DNA of 61,610 nt, counting the filler. It is 7 parts of 7 records of this genome, joined end to end, with 100 filler letters (N's around TTAATTAATTAA, not from the genome) between each part and the next. Parts side by side here need not be neighbours in the genome. Positions count along the whole stretch, not along the records: positions 33,496 to 42,908 come from SRR31147125_19262; 6 more parts are not named here. One strand, given 5' to 3'. Each line of letters starts with the position of its first letter. Within the stretch, counting starts at the first letter, position 1. Of the stretch, positions 33,608-42,199 are shown piece by piece. Made by a program: the position numbers and the translations under genes. The notes beneath the pieces were generated by a model. The model made no database searches, was not told the origin of the DNA, and was given only the letters and a program-made list of their open reading frames with translations.

Positions 33608-33654
33608 CACACAATTCACGAGAGAGCACACAACCCACACAAAGAACCACACAA
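33608..33654. repeat. Four CACACAA direct repeats, putative integrase arm-type sites
   Basis: 33608-33614, 33627-33633, 33636-33642, 33648-33654, between att core and integrase stop. Confidence 0.65.
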
Positions 33655-33658
33655 CGTT

Positions 33659-34669
33659 TTAGGTGCCGAATTTTCCGCTCAGTAGTTGCATGGCTTCTTT
33701 TTCCGAACTCTCAATTGAATGAAGGTAAATCTCCGTGGTTTTGAGTTCCTTATGCCCCAATAAAGCACCAATGGTTTTTTTAGATACCTTTCCGGAATCT
33801 GCCAATAGAGATGCAACAAAATGACGGAGAGCATGGAATCCGAAATCAGGATCGATGCCTGCACGTTTGCAAAGACCCTTCATCAATTTGGGCCTTCTGG
33901 TGTATCTGTCTTCCGTTTTTGTGTTGTAGAAGACCCACATTTGATTGTCCCGTATGACCCACCTTCGTTTCATTATTGAATAAAGCTCCTCGTTCATGGA
34001 GACCTCCACAGGCTCATAAGATCCACCGGCTCTTTTCCGTGTCCACTTTTTGAGGGTCCGCTTCTTAAAGTTGACATCTTCCCATTTCAGTCTCAGCACC
34101 TCGTCGATCCGTGCCATGGAGTAGATGATCGTCAAAATTAAATCTCTCTCATCCGTGTTGGGATCTGCTGCCGCTATCAGCTTCAGGACATCCGTTTCCG
34201 GTGGAATATATTTGGGCTCGGGGTTGTGGGGCATCTTCTTGAGTTTCTTGCATGGGTTCCTGGTGATGACTTCCAGAACATCCTTGGCATAAGAGAAAAC
34301 AGCGCACAAATCCCTTCTATGAGCATTGTAATTGTTATTTGTCGGTCTGGTGTTGAGGTATTGGAAGAGGTGGTGGGCTGTTATCTGCTGAATGGGAAGA
34401 TTCCCGCTGTGTTGTAAAAAGGCCCGACAAACATGGGCCTTTTGCCGATAAGTATTTTTTATGAAGGTTCGTTTAGCAAAGTCCAGGTAGATATTGGCAA
34501 CTTCTTTAAAGGCCATGCCTGCCGGAGTTTTGCCTTGACCGGCTTCTTTTCGGTGTTCTTCCCTGGCGGCCTGTGCTTCGGTTTTGGTCCGATATCCGCT
34601 CCCACTGTATCTCTTCCCGTTCTTTTGAAACTCGTACCTCCACCCCTGGGGTGTTTTGTATAATGCCAT
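33659..34669 (-). CDS. Tyrosine integrase
   Basis: N-terminal arm-binding-like WRYEF...G.RY...Y.TK.EA; catalytic ARIDE (R), FHALRH (H,R), LGH, IY; points toward att. Confidence 0.93.
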   Translation of the reverse strand: MALYKTPQGWRYEFQKNGKRYSGSGYRTKTEAQAAREEHRKEAGQGKTPAGMAFKEVANIYLDFAKRTFIKNTYRQKAHVCRAFLQHSGNLPIQQITAHHLFQYLNTRPTNNNYNAHRRDLCAVFSYAKDVLEVITRNPCKKLKKMPHNPEPKYIPPETDVLKLIAAADPNTDERDLILTIIYSMARIDEVLRLKWEDVNFKKRTLKKWTRKRAGGSYEPVEVSMNEELYSIMKRRWVIRDNQMWVFYNTKTEDRYTRRPKLMKGLCKRAGIDPDFGFHALRHFVASLLADSGKVSKKTIGALLGHKELKTTEIYLHSIESSEKEAMQLLSGKFGT

Positions 34670-34817
34670 CGATAATGTCCTCTCTGAACCTCAAAACCTT
34701 GATTCCCGCCGGATAAAATCCGCACAAAGCCCGTTTGTGCTTATAGACAGCTTCAACAGAGATATTCAAGATTTCAGCCACATTTTGGGGAGTCAATAGT
34801 TTCATAATCATTTCCAT
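34506..34817 (-). CDS. Excisionase-like helix-turn-helix protein overlapping the integrase start
   Basis: LLTPQNVAEILNISVEAVY...LRF HTH directly upstream of int. Confidence 0.75.
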   Translation of the reverse strand: MEMIMKLLTPQNVAEILNISVEAVYKHKRALCGFYPAGIKVLRFREDIIDGIIQNTPGVEVRVSKEREEIQWERISDQNRSTGRQGRTPKRSRSRQNSGRHGL

Positions 34818-34851
34818 TCATTTATTGGTTTTCAGCTATTTGAAACTGCCA

Positions 34852-36150
34852 TCAATTCAAAGGATTGTGCATGCCAGCATGGTCTTCGTAAGACTGGACG
34901 CTATGCAGGTAAATCAATGTGGTGCTTACATCTTCATGGCCGGCAAGGTGCTTGAGATCCATCAACTTGACCCCGGCCTGGGCCAGCATGGTAAGCGCTG
35001 TATGCCTCAGAGCATGGGCGCTGATAACCTTGTCACCATGATCGAGCTTGGCTGCTGCAACGTATTTTTCGATCATCTCGGCCATGGCCCTGGTGGTGAG
35101 TGGCCGCTTCTTCCGAACCTGACTCCACCGGATGTCCAGCCCTCCGGAGGCGACATGGTACCGGAAGCCGACAAAAAGGGGAGAGTCCGGATCGAACTTG
35201 ATGCGGCAGTGCTCCATCCAGTCGTCAAAAGCTTCCAGAGCCTTGCCGTTGAGGATAATGGGCGTATCCTTCCGGTTGCCGACCCTCCCTTTCCGGTCAC
35301 GGATCCATAGTTTCTGCTGGCCTTTGACCCGCTCGGTTTCCAGATCCTGGTAGGTGAGCTTACAAATTTCATTGATCCGAAGGCCATAGGTGAGCATCAA
35401 CCGAAGTATGGCATAGTCGCGCCGTCCGATGAGAGAGCGCCGATCCGGTTGCCGCATCAGCTTCTGTGCCTCTTTTTTGCTCAGTACCGAGTAATATCCT
35501 TTGTCTTTCTTCGGTGGGGCCAGCCCCAGGCGTTTGAAGTCCAATGGGTTCTTGCCAAACTTCCGATTTGAAGCGGACAGGAATTTCAAAAAGCTGTTGA
35601 TGGAAATGAACTTGTTCCAGATGGTGGCATTCTTCTGCCGTTTCTCAACCTGGAGATGATCGCGGTATGCGATGAAATCATCCATGGTCAGATCTTTGGG
35701 ATCCTTGCCCACATGGGAGAGGAAGAGCCGGACCGCTCCGCCATACGTCCGCTTGGTACTGTCGCAGATGAGGGAATCCAACCAATGTTCACGCAGATTG
35801 GCAAAGCTTTCTGACTCCACATAGGTACCGCCCCGGAAGATCTGCATATCACCGTAATTCTGACCAATGGGGGAGGTAAAGCCTTTGATCTTGCCCTCCA
35901 GGTATTTGAAGAACCGATTCAATATAGAAAACTTCCGCTTGATGGTTTTGGCCTTGACGGTCTGTCCCAGGTGCTCCCGGTATTTCATGAACACCTTTTG
36001 CGTCAGGCTGTCTATGGGGCCGGTGTAGTAGCTGAAGAATTGCCGGATCTCCGAGCGGTACACTTTCCGGCTGGACTCACTTTTGACGGTCTTCAGGTAT
36101 CGATCGAACAGCTTTTTACCCTGGTCATATTCTATGTATGACATTGGCAT
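34852..36150 (-). CDS. Second tyrosine recombinase with two tandem core-binding (SAM-like) segments
   Basis: S.K.Y...IR.F...KTIKRKFSILNRFF and STKRTY..AVRLF...ATIWNKFISINSFL; RDYAIL, GLRINE, KG, SAHALRHT, AGH, IY. Confidence 0.9.
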   Translation of the reverse strand: MPMSYIEYDQGKKLFDRYLKTVKSESSRKVYRSEIRQFFSYYTGPIDSLTQKVFMKYREHLGQTVKAKTIKRKFSILNRFFKYLEGKIKGFTSPIGQNYGDMQIFRGGTYVESESFANLREHWLDSLICDSTKRTYGGAVRLFLSHVGKDPKDLTMDDFIAYRDHLQVEKRQKNATIWNKFISINSFLKFLSASNRKFGKNPLDFKRLGLAPPKKDKGYYSVLSKKEAQKLMRQPDRRSLIGRRDYAILRLMLTYGLRINEICKLTYQDLETERVKGQQKLWIRDRKGRVGNRKDTPIILNGKALEAFDDWMEHCRIKFDPDSPLFVGFRYHVASGGLDIRWSQVRKKRPLTTRAMAEMIEKYVAAAKLDHGDKVISAHALRHTALTMLAQAGVKLMDLKHLAGHEDVSTTLIYLHSVQSYEDHAGMHNPLN

Positions 36151-36166
36151 CGTATACGCCTCATAT

Positions 36167-36445
36167 TCACGGATAGAACGGATGGTTGACCCAACCGGAA
36201 ATCATTGCCCTGTCGGCAGGTGCCAAAGAGTGAATTGCATTGACCAGGTCAAATCCGTAGGTGTTTTCATTGAGCCATACCGCTGCAAAGAACTTGGCAA
36301 GATGCCTCTCTCCATCACTCATGACCTTGAGTTCTCGCTTGAAGCGTTTGATATCCATTTGCCTTGTTTTTCTATTCCACAGCCCCGAAATACGGGGGTA
36401 TCTTTCCAGCAGTGTGAAGAAACGATCGTAGTTTTCCATTTTCAT
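36167..36445 (-). CDS. Small hypothetical protein
   Basis: 92 aa, AAGGA RBS, MSDGERHLAKFFAAVW...FDLV.A...W...PFYP, co-oriented with neighbours. Confidence 0.7.
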   Translation of the reverse strand: MKMENYDRFFTLLERYPRISGLWNRKTRQMDIKRFKRELKVMSDGERHLAKFFAAVWLNENTYGFDLVNAIHSLAPADRAMISGWVNHPFYP

Positions 36446-36917
36446 ATTTCCTTTGCCGTAGTGCCGGGTCTTCTCTCATTCGTAGTTTCAGAAGGCCGAC
36501 AATGGCATTCTTGGCGGTTTTTCGATCCAACTCTTTAATGCTGTCCACCTTGAAGAGCTTCTTCAACCAGTGGTTGAAATACTCAATGCTCCAGTGCAGG
36601 GAGATGATGGACTCCCGAATGAAATTGATCTGATGCGCAGTGGGCAGTTTGGCCGCTTTGGTTCCGATTGCCTCTTCGGTTCTTGGGGGCCATGGTCGGG
36701 TCTGCTTCGGATCCGATCGGCCAGTCAGCTCATTAATGATGAATGACGCTTCCTGTTTTGATAGGAACTCCATGGAAGGGATACCGGTTAAAGAAAGAAT
36801 CAGATCATCCAGGCTTTCCTGATCATGGGAGACCGACGTATTCAGAGATGCCTCGATCTTCCATTCCTGCCTGTCGGTGATGCATTCAAAGCATCGTTTG
36901 GGGTATGGCTTGCTCAT
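36372..36917 (-). CDS. Phage Mu GemA/gp16-like protein
   Basis: S...LS..EA..II..L...T..QI..I......L.W.......WL...FKVD....L....A...I.GL pattern. Confidence 0.55.
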   Translation of the reverse strand: MSKPYPKRCFECITDRQEWKIEASLNTSVSHDQESLDDLILSLTGIPSMEFLSKQEASFIINELTGRSDPKQTRPWPPRTEEAIGTKAAKLPTAHQINFIRESIISLHWSIEYFNHWLKKLFKVDSIKELDRKTAKNAIVGLLKLRMREDPALRQRKYENGKLRSFLHTAGKIPPYFGAVE

Positions 36918-36919
36918 TG

Positions 36920-38845
36920 CTACACCTCATCATCGGTGAAGCTTTTACTAAGCAGGTGGTAGTTGGTGCCCCTGATGGCTTTGTGACAACGCTCTACTTC
37001 CCACCCGGCAGTTTTCAGAATACTTTCGGAGTCGGAGAGCCTTGATGCCAATACCTTGGATTTATTACCGAATGGATTAGTGATCCCTTTTGTTTTGGCG
37101 AGCATATTGAAGGCGGTACAGAGCTCACTGGTTGACGCAAGGAATTTGACCTCTACCAATTCCCCTTCCGGTTTTTTTAAAATTGTTGTTCGTTTAATGC
37201 CGTATTCATCAATGAAATACTTTTGTTCAACAAATCGCTCACATTCTGCGGCCAGGACATCAAGACGGTAAAGAATATCATTGGTTCCTTTTTGCATGGA
37301 ATCGGCAATCTCGTTCTGCTCGCTGATCCAGTCATCCAATATTGCCAGCGCTGCTTTTTCACCGGTGTGCTCCGGATGTGGGATATATTTCACGATCTGG
37401 TTGCAGTAGAGGTAGAGACAGGCAAGCATATCGTCCAGTCGCTCTTTGGCATGCCCGGCTCTTTCCTTTTGCAGGAATCGATATATTTCAGCCCTGTGTT
37501 GTTCAAAATCCGGCAGGATATCATGGGCCACAATTTTCAATATGGCGCTCAGGATCAAATCTCGGTGCTTCTCTATTTGGGCCTTCAACACTGTCTCACC
37601 GGGAAAATTGCCGCTCTGGAACTCTTTTTTGAAAAAGATATCCACCACTCTCGTTATCAGTTCAGATTTTACAAACGGCTCTATGGATGTGATGAAAACG
37701 TGAGTCTTGTTATCTTCGTAAATGTTGTCAGATTTGGTGTTGCCATCTCGTTTTTGGTTGCCGATGCCGGTTGCCGCGACAGTCAAAAACGCCAACATCT
37801 CTTTGTTTATATCTGCCTGCTCCAGATTGTCCATGAACAGCGCCATGCTTTTGATTGCCTCGGATCGATAAGACGCCACCGAACCTTGGGTAAGACCGTC
37901 TCTACCGAACACCAGATAGGATATGAGTCTGGCAGCGCATGACTTCGCCACTCCCGCATCTCCGGAAAACTTGGTGATTCCCCTGGCGTTGACCACTTCA
38001 ATGAGAATCATGGAAAAGATCCGGGCCGCAATGTAATACTTGTTGGAAGCGCTGCACGCCAAATTGTCGAGGATGAGCTCATACAACTTATCCATTCCGG
38101 CCTGGACATCGGCATCGGATCGGAAGTTAACGGGCAGTATTCTCGGGGTCGCTTGCAATAACACCTGATCGTCGTTGGCGCCGTTTTGAATCAGCTCTAT
38201 TCTACCGGCTTGGAGCTTGAGGATGATATTGTCTGCACAGTTCAGGTCAATGAAATGGGCATTGTTTTGAAGATCGGTATGTGTCCAGCCCATGACCTCG
38301 GTGTGTTTGCCGTTGAGGTATGCCCTTGCCTTCAACACCTCCAAGATGACCTTGGTGTTGTTTTCCGCATAGTTGAGTCCCGCAACATCATAGAGTAGCG
38401 CTTTGAAAGCGGCACCGCTGCCAATGTCATAAATTTTCCCCTGATAGAAGAGTCGGCAGTCTTCGCCATGGACGAAGAAACCACCAAGGGCTTTGAAGTA
38501 TTCGAACACCACCTCTCCGATGTCGTTGACGTAGTGCTTGATATCGCAGAGTTTGAACCAGGCACGCACGGCCGGTATGATTTGGGTCAATGGCTTCAGA
38601 TATCGCTTTGTATTTCCATAGAGCCGTTTGAATTCTATCGCCGGATTCGGAACGGATCTGAGGTAATCATCGATATCATTGGCGTTGCGATCGAACACAA
38701 TGGAATCGAGGATGAGTTGAGTCAACTTCGGGATTTCATTGGCGACGGGCTCATCATCCTGGGCTTCCTTCTGCTTTTTCAGATTGCTTTTTCGAAGCCT
38801 TTCACAGATGGCAACCTGTCGGTCTGAATAGCAATATTTCGACAA
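36920..38845 (-). CDS. C-terminal part of primase-helicase (end of Toprim plus P-loop NTPase and helical C-terminus)
   Basis: NDIDDYL (DnaG-type Toprim end), Walker A-like GDAGVAKS, Walker B-like LFMDNLE; -1 frame relative to upstream primase ORF. Confidence 0.7.
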   Translation of the reverse strand: MSKYCYSDRQVAICERLRKSNLKKQKEAQDDEPVANEIPKLTQLILDSIVFDRNANDIDDYLRSVPNPAIEFKRLYGNTKRYLKPLTQIIPAVRAWFKLCDIKHYVNDIGEVVFEYFKALGGFFVHGEDCRLFYQGKIYDIGSGAAFKALLYDVAGLNYAENNTKVILEVLKARAYLNGKHTEVMGWTHTDLQNNAHFIDLNCADNIILKLQAGRIELIQNGANDDQVLLQATPRILPVNFRSDADVQAGMDKLYELILDNLACSASNKYYIAARIFSMILIEVVNARGITKFSGDAGVAKSCAARLISYLVFGRDGLTQGSVASYRSEAIKSMALFMDNLEQADINKEMLAFLTVAATGIGNQKRDGNTKSDNIYEDNKTHVFITSIEPFVKSELITRVVDIFFKKEFQSGNFPGETVLKAQIEKHRDLILSAILKIVAHDILPDFEQHRAEIYRFLQKERAGHAKERLDDMLACLYLYCNQIVKYIPHPEHTGEKAALAILDDWISEQNEIADSMQKGTNDILYRLDVLAAECERFVEQKYFIDEYGIKRTTILKKPEGELVEVKFLASTSELCTAFNMLAKTKGITNPFGNKSKVLASRLSDSESILKTAGWEVERCHKAIRGTNYHLLSKSFTDDEV

Positions 38846-39780
38846 TTTTTTTCGATTCTTTCCCGATAGGCGATACCGGCCTTATCGTTATCGAAACAGG
38901 TGGTGATTCGTGTGATTTCACCGGATTCCACTTTCTTTTCCAAATACTTTAAATGCACTTCTGTTAATTGTCCGGTCGTGGCAATCACATTGGTGTAACC
39001 AGCATCCAGAAGAGTCAAAAGGTCGTTTTCGCCTTCCACGAGAATGACTTCTCTCTTTTTGAGCGCGGGCATGTTGAGGAAGTGGCCGCCGTTGCCCCGA
39101 AATTCTTTTTTGAGGCGGATATTAAATTTCTTGCGCGAATCTTTGGTGGTGAAATCATAGATTTGACCGTGCTCATCCAGATGGGGATAGATGAAGAGCC
39201 CCGGAGGGAAAAAGTCTCTATATCCGCCTTTTCCGTCTTCCTTGACCACACCGGAGCGGGTGATCTCTTCCATGGGGTACTTCTGCTGTTGAAGCATCCG
39301 GAGGCAGTTGCCGTCAGTGAAGCCCACCCCCATGGCCTTTAAAGTTTCGGGTGAATGGCCACGGTCGTTCTGTTGGTATTGAAGTGCCTTGTGTGTGTTG
39401 TGGAGCACTTGGGCGCAATGTTTGGCCACAGCATCAAATATGGATGCTTTCGGAGTCATGGGCGGTGGTGGTGTGTTGGAACGCTTCGGCGTGTCGATTG
39501 AGTGGTTGTAGACTTCTGCCAGATCCGTCAGCGCTTCATGGTTGGTGCACTTCTCGTATTCCATGACAAAGTCAATGACACTGCCGCCAGCTTCGCATTG
39601 AAAGCAGTTCCATGTTCCTTTTCCCGGAGTGATTTTAACGCAGTCATGGCCACCGCAGTTAGGGCACCCTCCCGGATAGTCGTATCCAGATCCCTGCTTT
39701 TTCAATGTCTGGCCGGTTCGTCGTTCAATTTCTTTTTGGATGTCAACCAGATCCTTTATTGCTTGAAAGTCGTCCTTCAT
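38779..39780 (-). CDS. DnaG-like primase (Zn finger plus Toprim), N-terminal part of primase-helicase
   Basis: CPNCGGHDC...WNCFQC..GG.VIDF, LVEGENDLL, CFDNDKAG; GGAGG RBS. Confidence 0.9.
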   Translation of the reverse strand: MKDDFQAIKDLVDIQKEIERRTGQTLKKQGSGYDYPGGCPNCGGHDCVKITPGKGTWNCFQCEAGGSVIDFVMEYEKCTNHEALTDLAEVYNHSIDTPKRSNTPPPPMTPKASIFDAVAKHCAQVLHNTHKALQYQQNDRGHSPETLKAMGVGFTDGNCLRMLQQQKYPMEEITRSGVVKEDGKGGYRDFFPPGLFIYPHLDEHGQIYDFTTKDSRKKFNIRLKKEFRGNGGHFLNMPALKKREVILVEGENDLLTLLDAGYTNVIATTGQLTEVHLKYLEKKVESGEITRITTCFDNDKAGIAYRERIEKNCRNIAIQTDRLPSVKGFEKAI

Positions 39781-39964
39781 TATTCCTCCATAGATTCATG
39801 TTCAGTTTCCAATCGTGTCAAAACCAATTAAAATAAAAGCAAAAGCAACATTGCATCATCACGATGACTACACCTCTGTACGATTGGTTCTTCTTCCTGG
39901 CTCGGGTTCCGGCTTCCATCCTTTGAGACTTCCATGACGGGTCTATCCGTCGTATTTGAGGCCC

Positions 39965-39993
39965 TTGACAAGCAGGGCCATATATCCTATCGT
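39965..39993 (+). promoter_or_regulatory. Sigma70-type promoter firing antisense to the replication operon
   Basis: TTGACA (39965-39970), 17-nt spacer, TATCGT (39988-39993). Confidence 0.55.
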
Positions 39994-39999
39994 CAATAC

Positions 40000-40097
40000 G
40001 TCGTCCGGGGCCTCGTCTGCCCTCCATAGATTTTTCACGGCCGCTGTTGGCTCCAGCGGCCGTGAGATTCAAGGACTTTTCCTATTGTTTGTCCTTG
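40000..40097 (+). ncRNA. Predicted counter-transcribed small RNA with anti-RBS segment
   Basis: Contains CCTCCATAGATT (40021-40032), identical to 39785-39796 over the primase RBS; perfect 12-bp stem 40035-40065; second stem CAAGGAC/GTCCTTG 40070-40097. Confidence 0.4.
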
Positions 40098-40098
40098 G

Positions 40099-40671
40099 TT
40101 ATCCGGCTTCTCTCACCCTCTGATTTTCACCATGAGTCGGTTGAGAGAGGCTATCTCTTAGATGCACCAACATATCTCGTACAATCCCCGCTTTTGGATA
40201 TTCATTACCGAAGTTCACTATGACTGCATTGAGTTTTTTAATGGCAAGATTGATCCGGTTAATTGTTTCCTGGTCCCTATAAACACCACATTTCAAATTC
40301 TCATATTGATTTGAGGCATCCCTGATGATGGCTTCCGGGCTTCTGCGATATCTCATCTCTACTTGGGTCAATTTCCTTTCTTGGCTCTCAATGTACATTT
40401 CGACAATCTTGTTCAACCCTACTTTGTATTTTGGGGCATCTCCAAAGCTACCGAAATATTCTTCGAAGTCTGCCGTTTCCAAAAGCGCACCAAAAGCCCT
40501 GAGCGCCCAGTTGTCGTATCGAATCCGTTCTTGTCCATCCATGAGATCAATGGTGGTGAAGGGCTCTGGTTTGATGTCGTCTTCAATGTTTTCCATATTA
40601 TTACCTCCCTTGTTTTTCCGGTGATTCCGGAAATTAATGATGTTTGTTGTTCCATTGCTTTTGGCATTCAT
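40099..40671 (-). CDS. Hypothetical protein (alternative start at 40596 after GGAGG)
   Basis: Long ORF co-oriented with ant and primase; no family recognised. Confidence 0.7.
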   Translation of the reverse strand: MNAKSNGTTNIINFRNHRKNKGGNNMENIEDDIKPEPFTTIDLMDGQERIRYDNWALRAFGALLETADFEEYFGSFGDAPKYKVGLNKIVEMYIESQERKLTQVEMRYRRSPEAIIRDASNQYENLKCGVYRDQETINRINLAIKKLNAVIVNFGNEYPKAGIVRDMLVHLRDSLSQPTHGENQRVREAG

Positions 40672-40684
40672 AAATTGCTCTCTT

Positions 40685-41278
40685 TCACTCGACCGAGTCT
40701 TCCATGATTTTCATCTCAGCCATAGTCAAAGCACGCAATTGAGGGTAAGGCTTCAATTCATCAATATTACCTTCACCATTCAAAATGCGCCTTGCCTCTT
40801 CCTTTGCCTGCCTTGCCATATCCCGTTTTGTTTTCAGCGCGGTAAGTTCGGCCCTTATGGAGGCTGTTTTACGCTTTTTTCGATCGATTTGTGATTTTGA
40901 TGGCGGGAAGAAATGAATAAAGAGAGTTTGATAACACTCTTCTTGATAACGAATGATCTTTTCCCGTGCATCACCTTCATATCTGACCGGATTGATTTTG
41001 AAGAGCCAGCCATTGAGATATTCAAGGGGGAGACAAGTCATTTCTCTTTGCTTGTGATCCTTGGCAACTATCATCGTGGCGATGATCTTTGAGGATAGAA
41101 CGATATCTTCTTGCAAGTTACGATGTTGATTTTTCCACTCCAATCCAAGCCGTTCACAAATTGGTTTTACCGGAACTAAACAGTGATCGTCTTTTTCAAC
41201 GATGCCGATTTCATCACCATCAAAGTTGACAAGGCTCAGTTTCTCGAACAGATTTGTTTTTGAAGAATTGGTTGTCAT
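40685..41278 (-). CDS. Phage antirepressor with P22 Ant N-terminal domain, copy 1
   Basis: V.F.GD.I...VPVKPICE.LGL.W..Q...D.KQREM.CLPLEYLNGWLF.IN...EKII.YQ.ECY..L..HF; AAGGAG RBS before ATG 41278. Confidence 0.88.
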   Translation of the reverse strand: MTTNSSKTNLFEKLSLVNFDGDEIGIVEKDDHCLVPVKPICERLGLEWKNQHRNLQEDIVLSSKIIATMIVAKDHKQREMTCLPLEYLNGWLFKINPVRYEGDAREKIIRYQEECYQTLFIHFFPPSKSQIDRKKRKTASIRAELTALKTKRDMARQAKEEARRILNGEGNIDELKPYPQLRALTMAEMKIMEDSVE

Positions 41279-41292
41279 GTGATCTCCTTTTA

Positions 41293-41511
41293 TTATGCGT
41301 GGTTGGTAGCCTGAACTGTTGTTTCCTCGGGCCATAGATAATCGAAATCTTTTTGAAGTATCAACGCAATGATCTTCTTGACTTTGGGCGAATCGTAACG
41401 CCCATTGATCACCCTGCTGATGTGACTTCTCGAATATCCTGTTGCTTCCATAAGGTCGGGGATTCCGACACCTTGATTGAACATTTCTTTTCTGATATTT
41501 TTACTATTCAT
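41293..41511 (-). CDS. Cro/Ner-like HTH regulator
   Basis: DL...TGYSRSHISRVING...IA..L......LWP; GAGGTG RBS; divergent from cI-like gene. Confidence 0.82.
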   Translation of the reverse strand: MNSKNIRKEMFNQGVGIPDLMEATGYSRSHISRVINGRYDSPKVKKIIALILQKDFDYLWPEETTVQATNHA

Positions 41512-41540
41512 AAGCACCTCTTGCGCACTATGGTTTATAT

Positions 41541-41574
41541 GGCGCATTGTGCGTCACGTAAATTTGCTTGTCAA
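41541..41574 (-). promoter_or_regulatory. Leftward promoter overlapped by a palindromic operator candidate
   Basis: Minus strand TTGACA (41574-41569), 17 nt, CACAAT (41551-41546); imperfect palindrome GGCGCATTGTGCGTC 41541-41555. Confidence 0.55.
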
Positions 41575-41618
41575 GTGATTTTTCAACAACCTGCGCTATT
41601 TTCTTAAAAAGGCACATT

Positions 41619-42158
41619 ATGTCGAACATCGGTGAACGGATAAAAAAAGTAAGATTTGAGGAAAATCTTTCTCAAATGGATTTTTCTGAAATCATTGGGA
41701 TTCATAGGGGGCACCTCTCAAAAATTGAAAATGGGAAAATGAATCCTACGCCAAAGACTCTTGAACGCATTTACACCTATTTCAATGTCAATAAAGAATG
41801 GTTGCAAGAGGGAAAAGGCATCATGAAAACTGCGGTAGAATCCGAATATCTCAGTAAGGAAGAAGTCGCAGATTTCCGCAGAAAGCTTGATAGGATCAAT
41901 TACCATCTTTTTTCCGAAAGGCTCCAACTACTATCTGACACCATTTCCTACCATGCCAAAATTTTTGACACCCAATCACTGGATTTTCTACGTAATCGCT
42001 TTTATGTAAATCCTGATGACGATGAAGCCAAACAGCTCAAAGAATCGTTTGACCAATTGGTTGAAGAAATGGATTTTTTAAAAGCTGTCATCGGAAAAAC
42101 TTTAAACGGCCCACAAACGCCATCCAGTAAAAACAAAAATTCCGACGATACGAAGTAA
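41619..42158 (+). CDS. XRE/CI-like repressor (HTH_3, no peptidase domain evident)
   Basis: IGERIKKVR....LSQ.DF...IGI....LSKIENG..NP...FNVNKEWL..GKG.M. Confidence 0.88.
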   Translation: MSNIGERIKKVRFEENLSQMDFSEIIGIHRGHLSKIENGKMNPTPKTLERIYTYFNVNKEWLQEGKGIMKTAVESEYLSKEEVADFRRKLDRINYHLFSERLQLLSDTISYHAKIFDTQSLDFLRNRFYVNPDDDEAKQLKESFDQLVEEMDFLKAVIGKTLNGPQTPSSKNKNSDDTK

Positions 42159-42199
42159 GCGGAAACGGATCATGTCGGTTTCGGTTCAGTATCGTCCAA

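Noticed and set aside
33440-33744. ORFs 33496-33744, 33440-33652 and 33444-33650
   Set aside because: Translations of the tRNA fragment (MVGAAGFEPA is a typical tRNA shadow ORF) and of the spacer.
39818-40072. 84-aa minus-strand ORF upstream of the primase
   Set aside because: TTG start without clear RBS, no recognisable motif, and it runs through strong hairpins; a non-coding regulatory role fits better, though a short leader peptide is not excluded.
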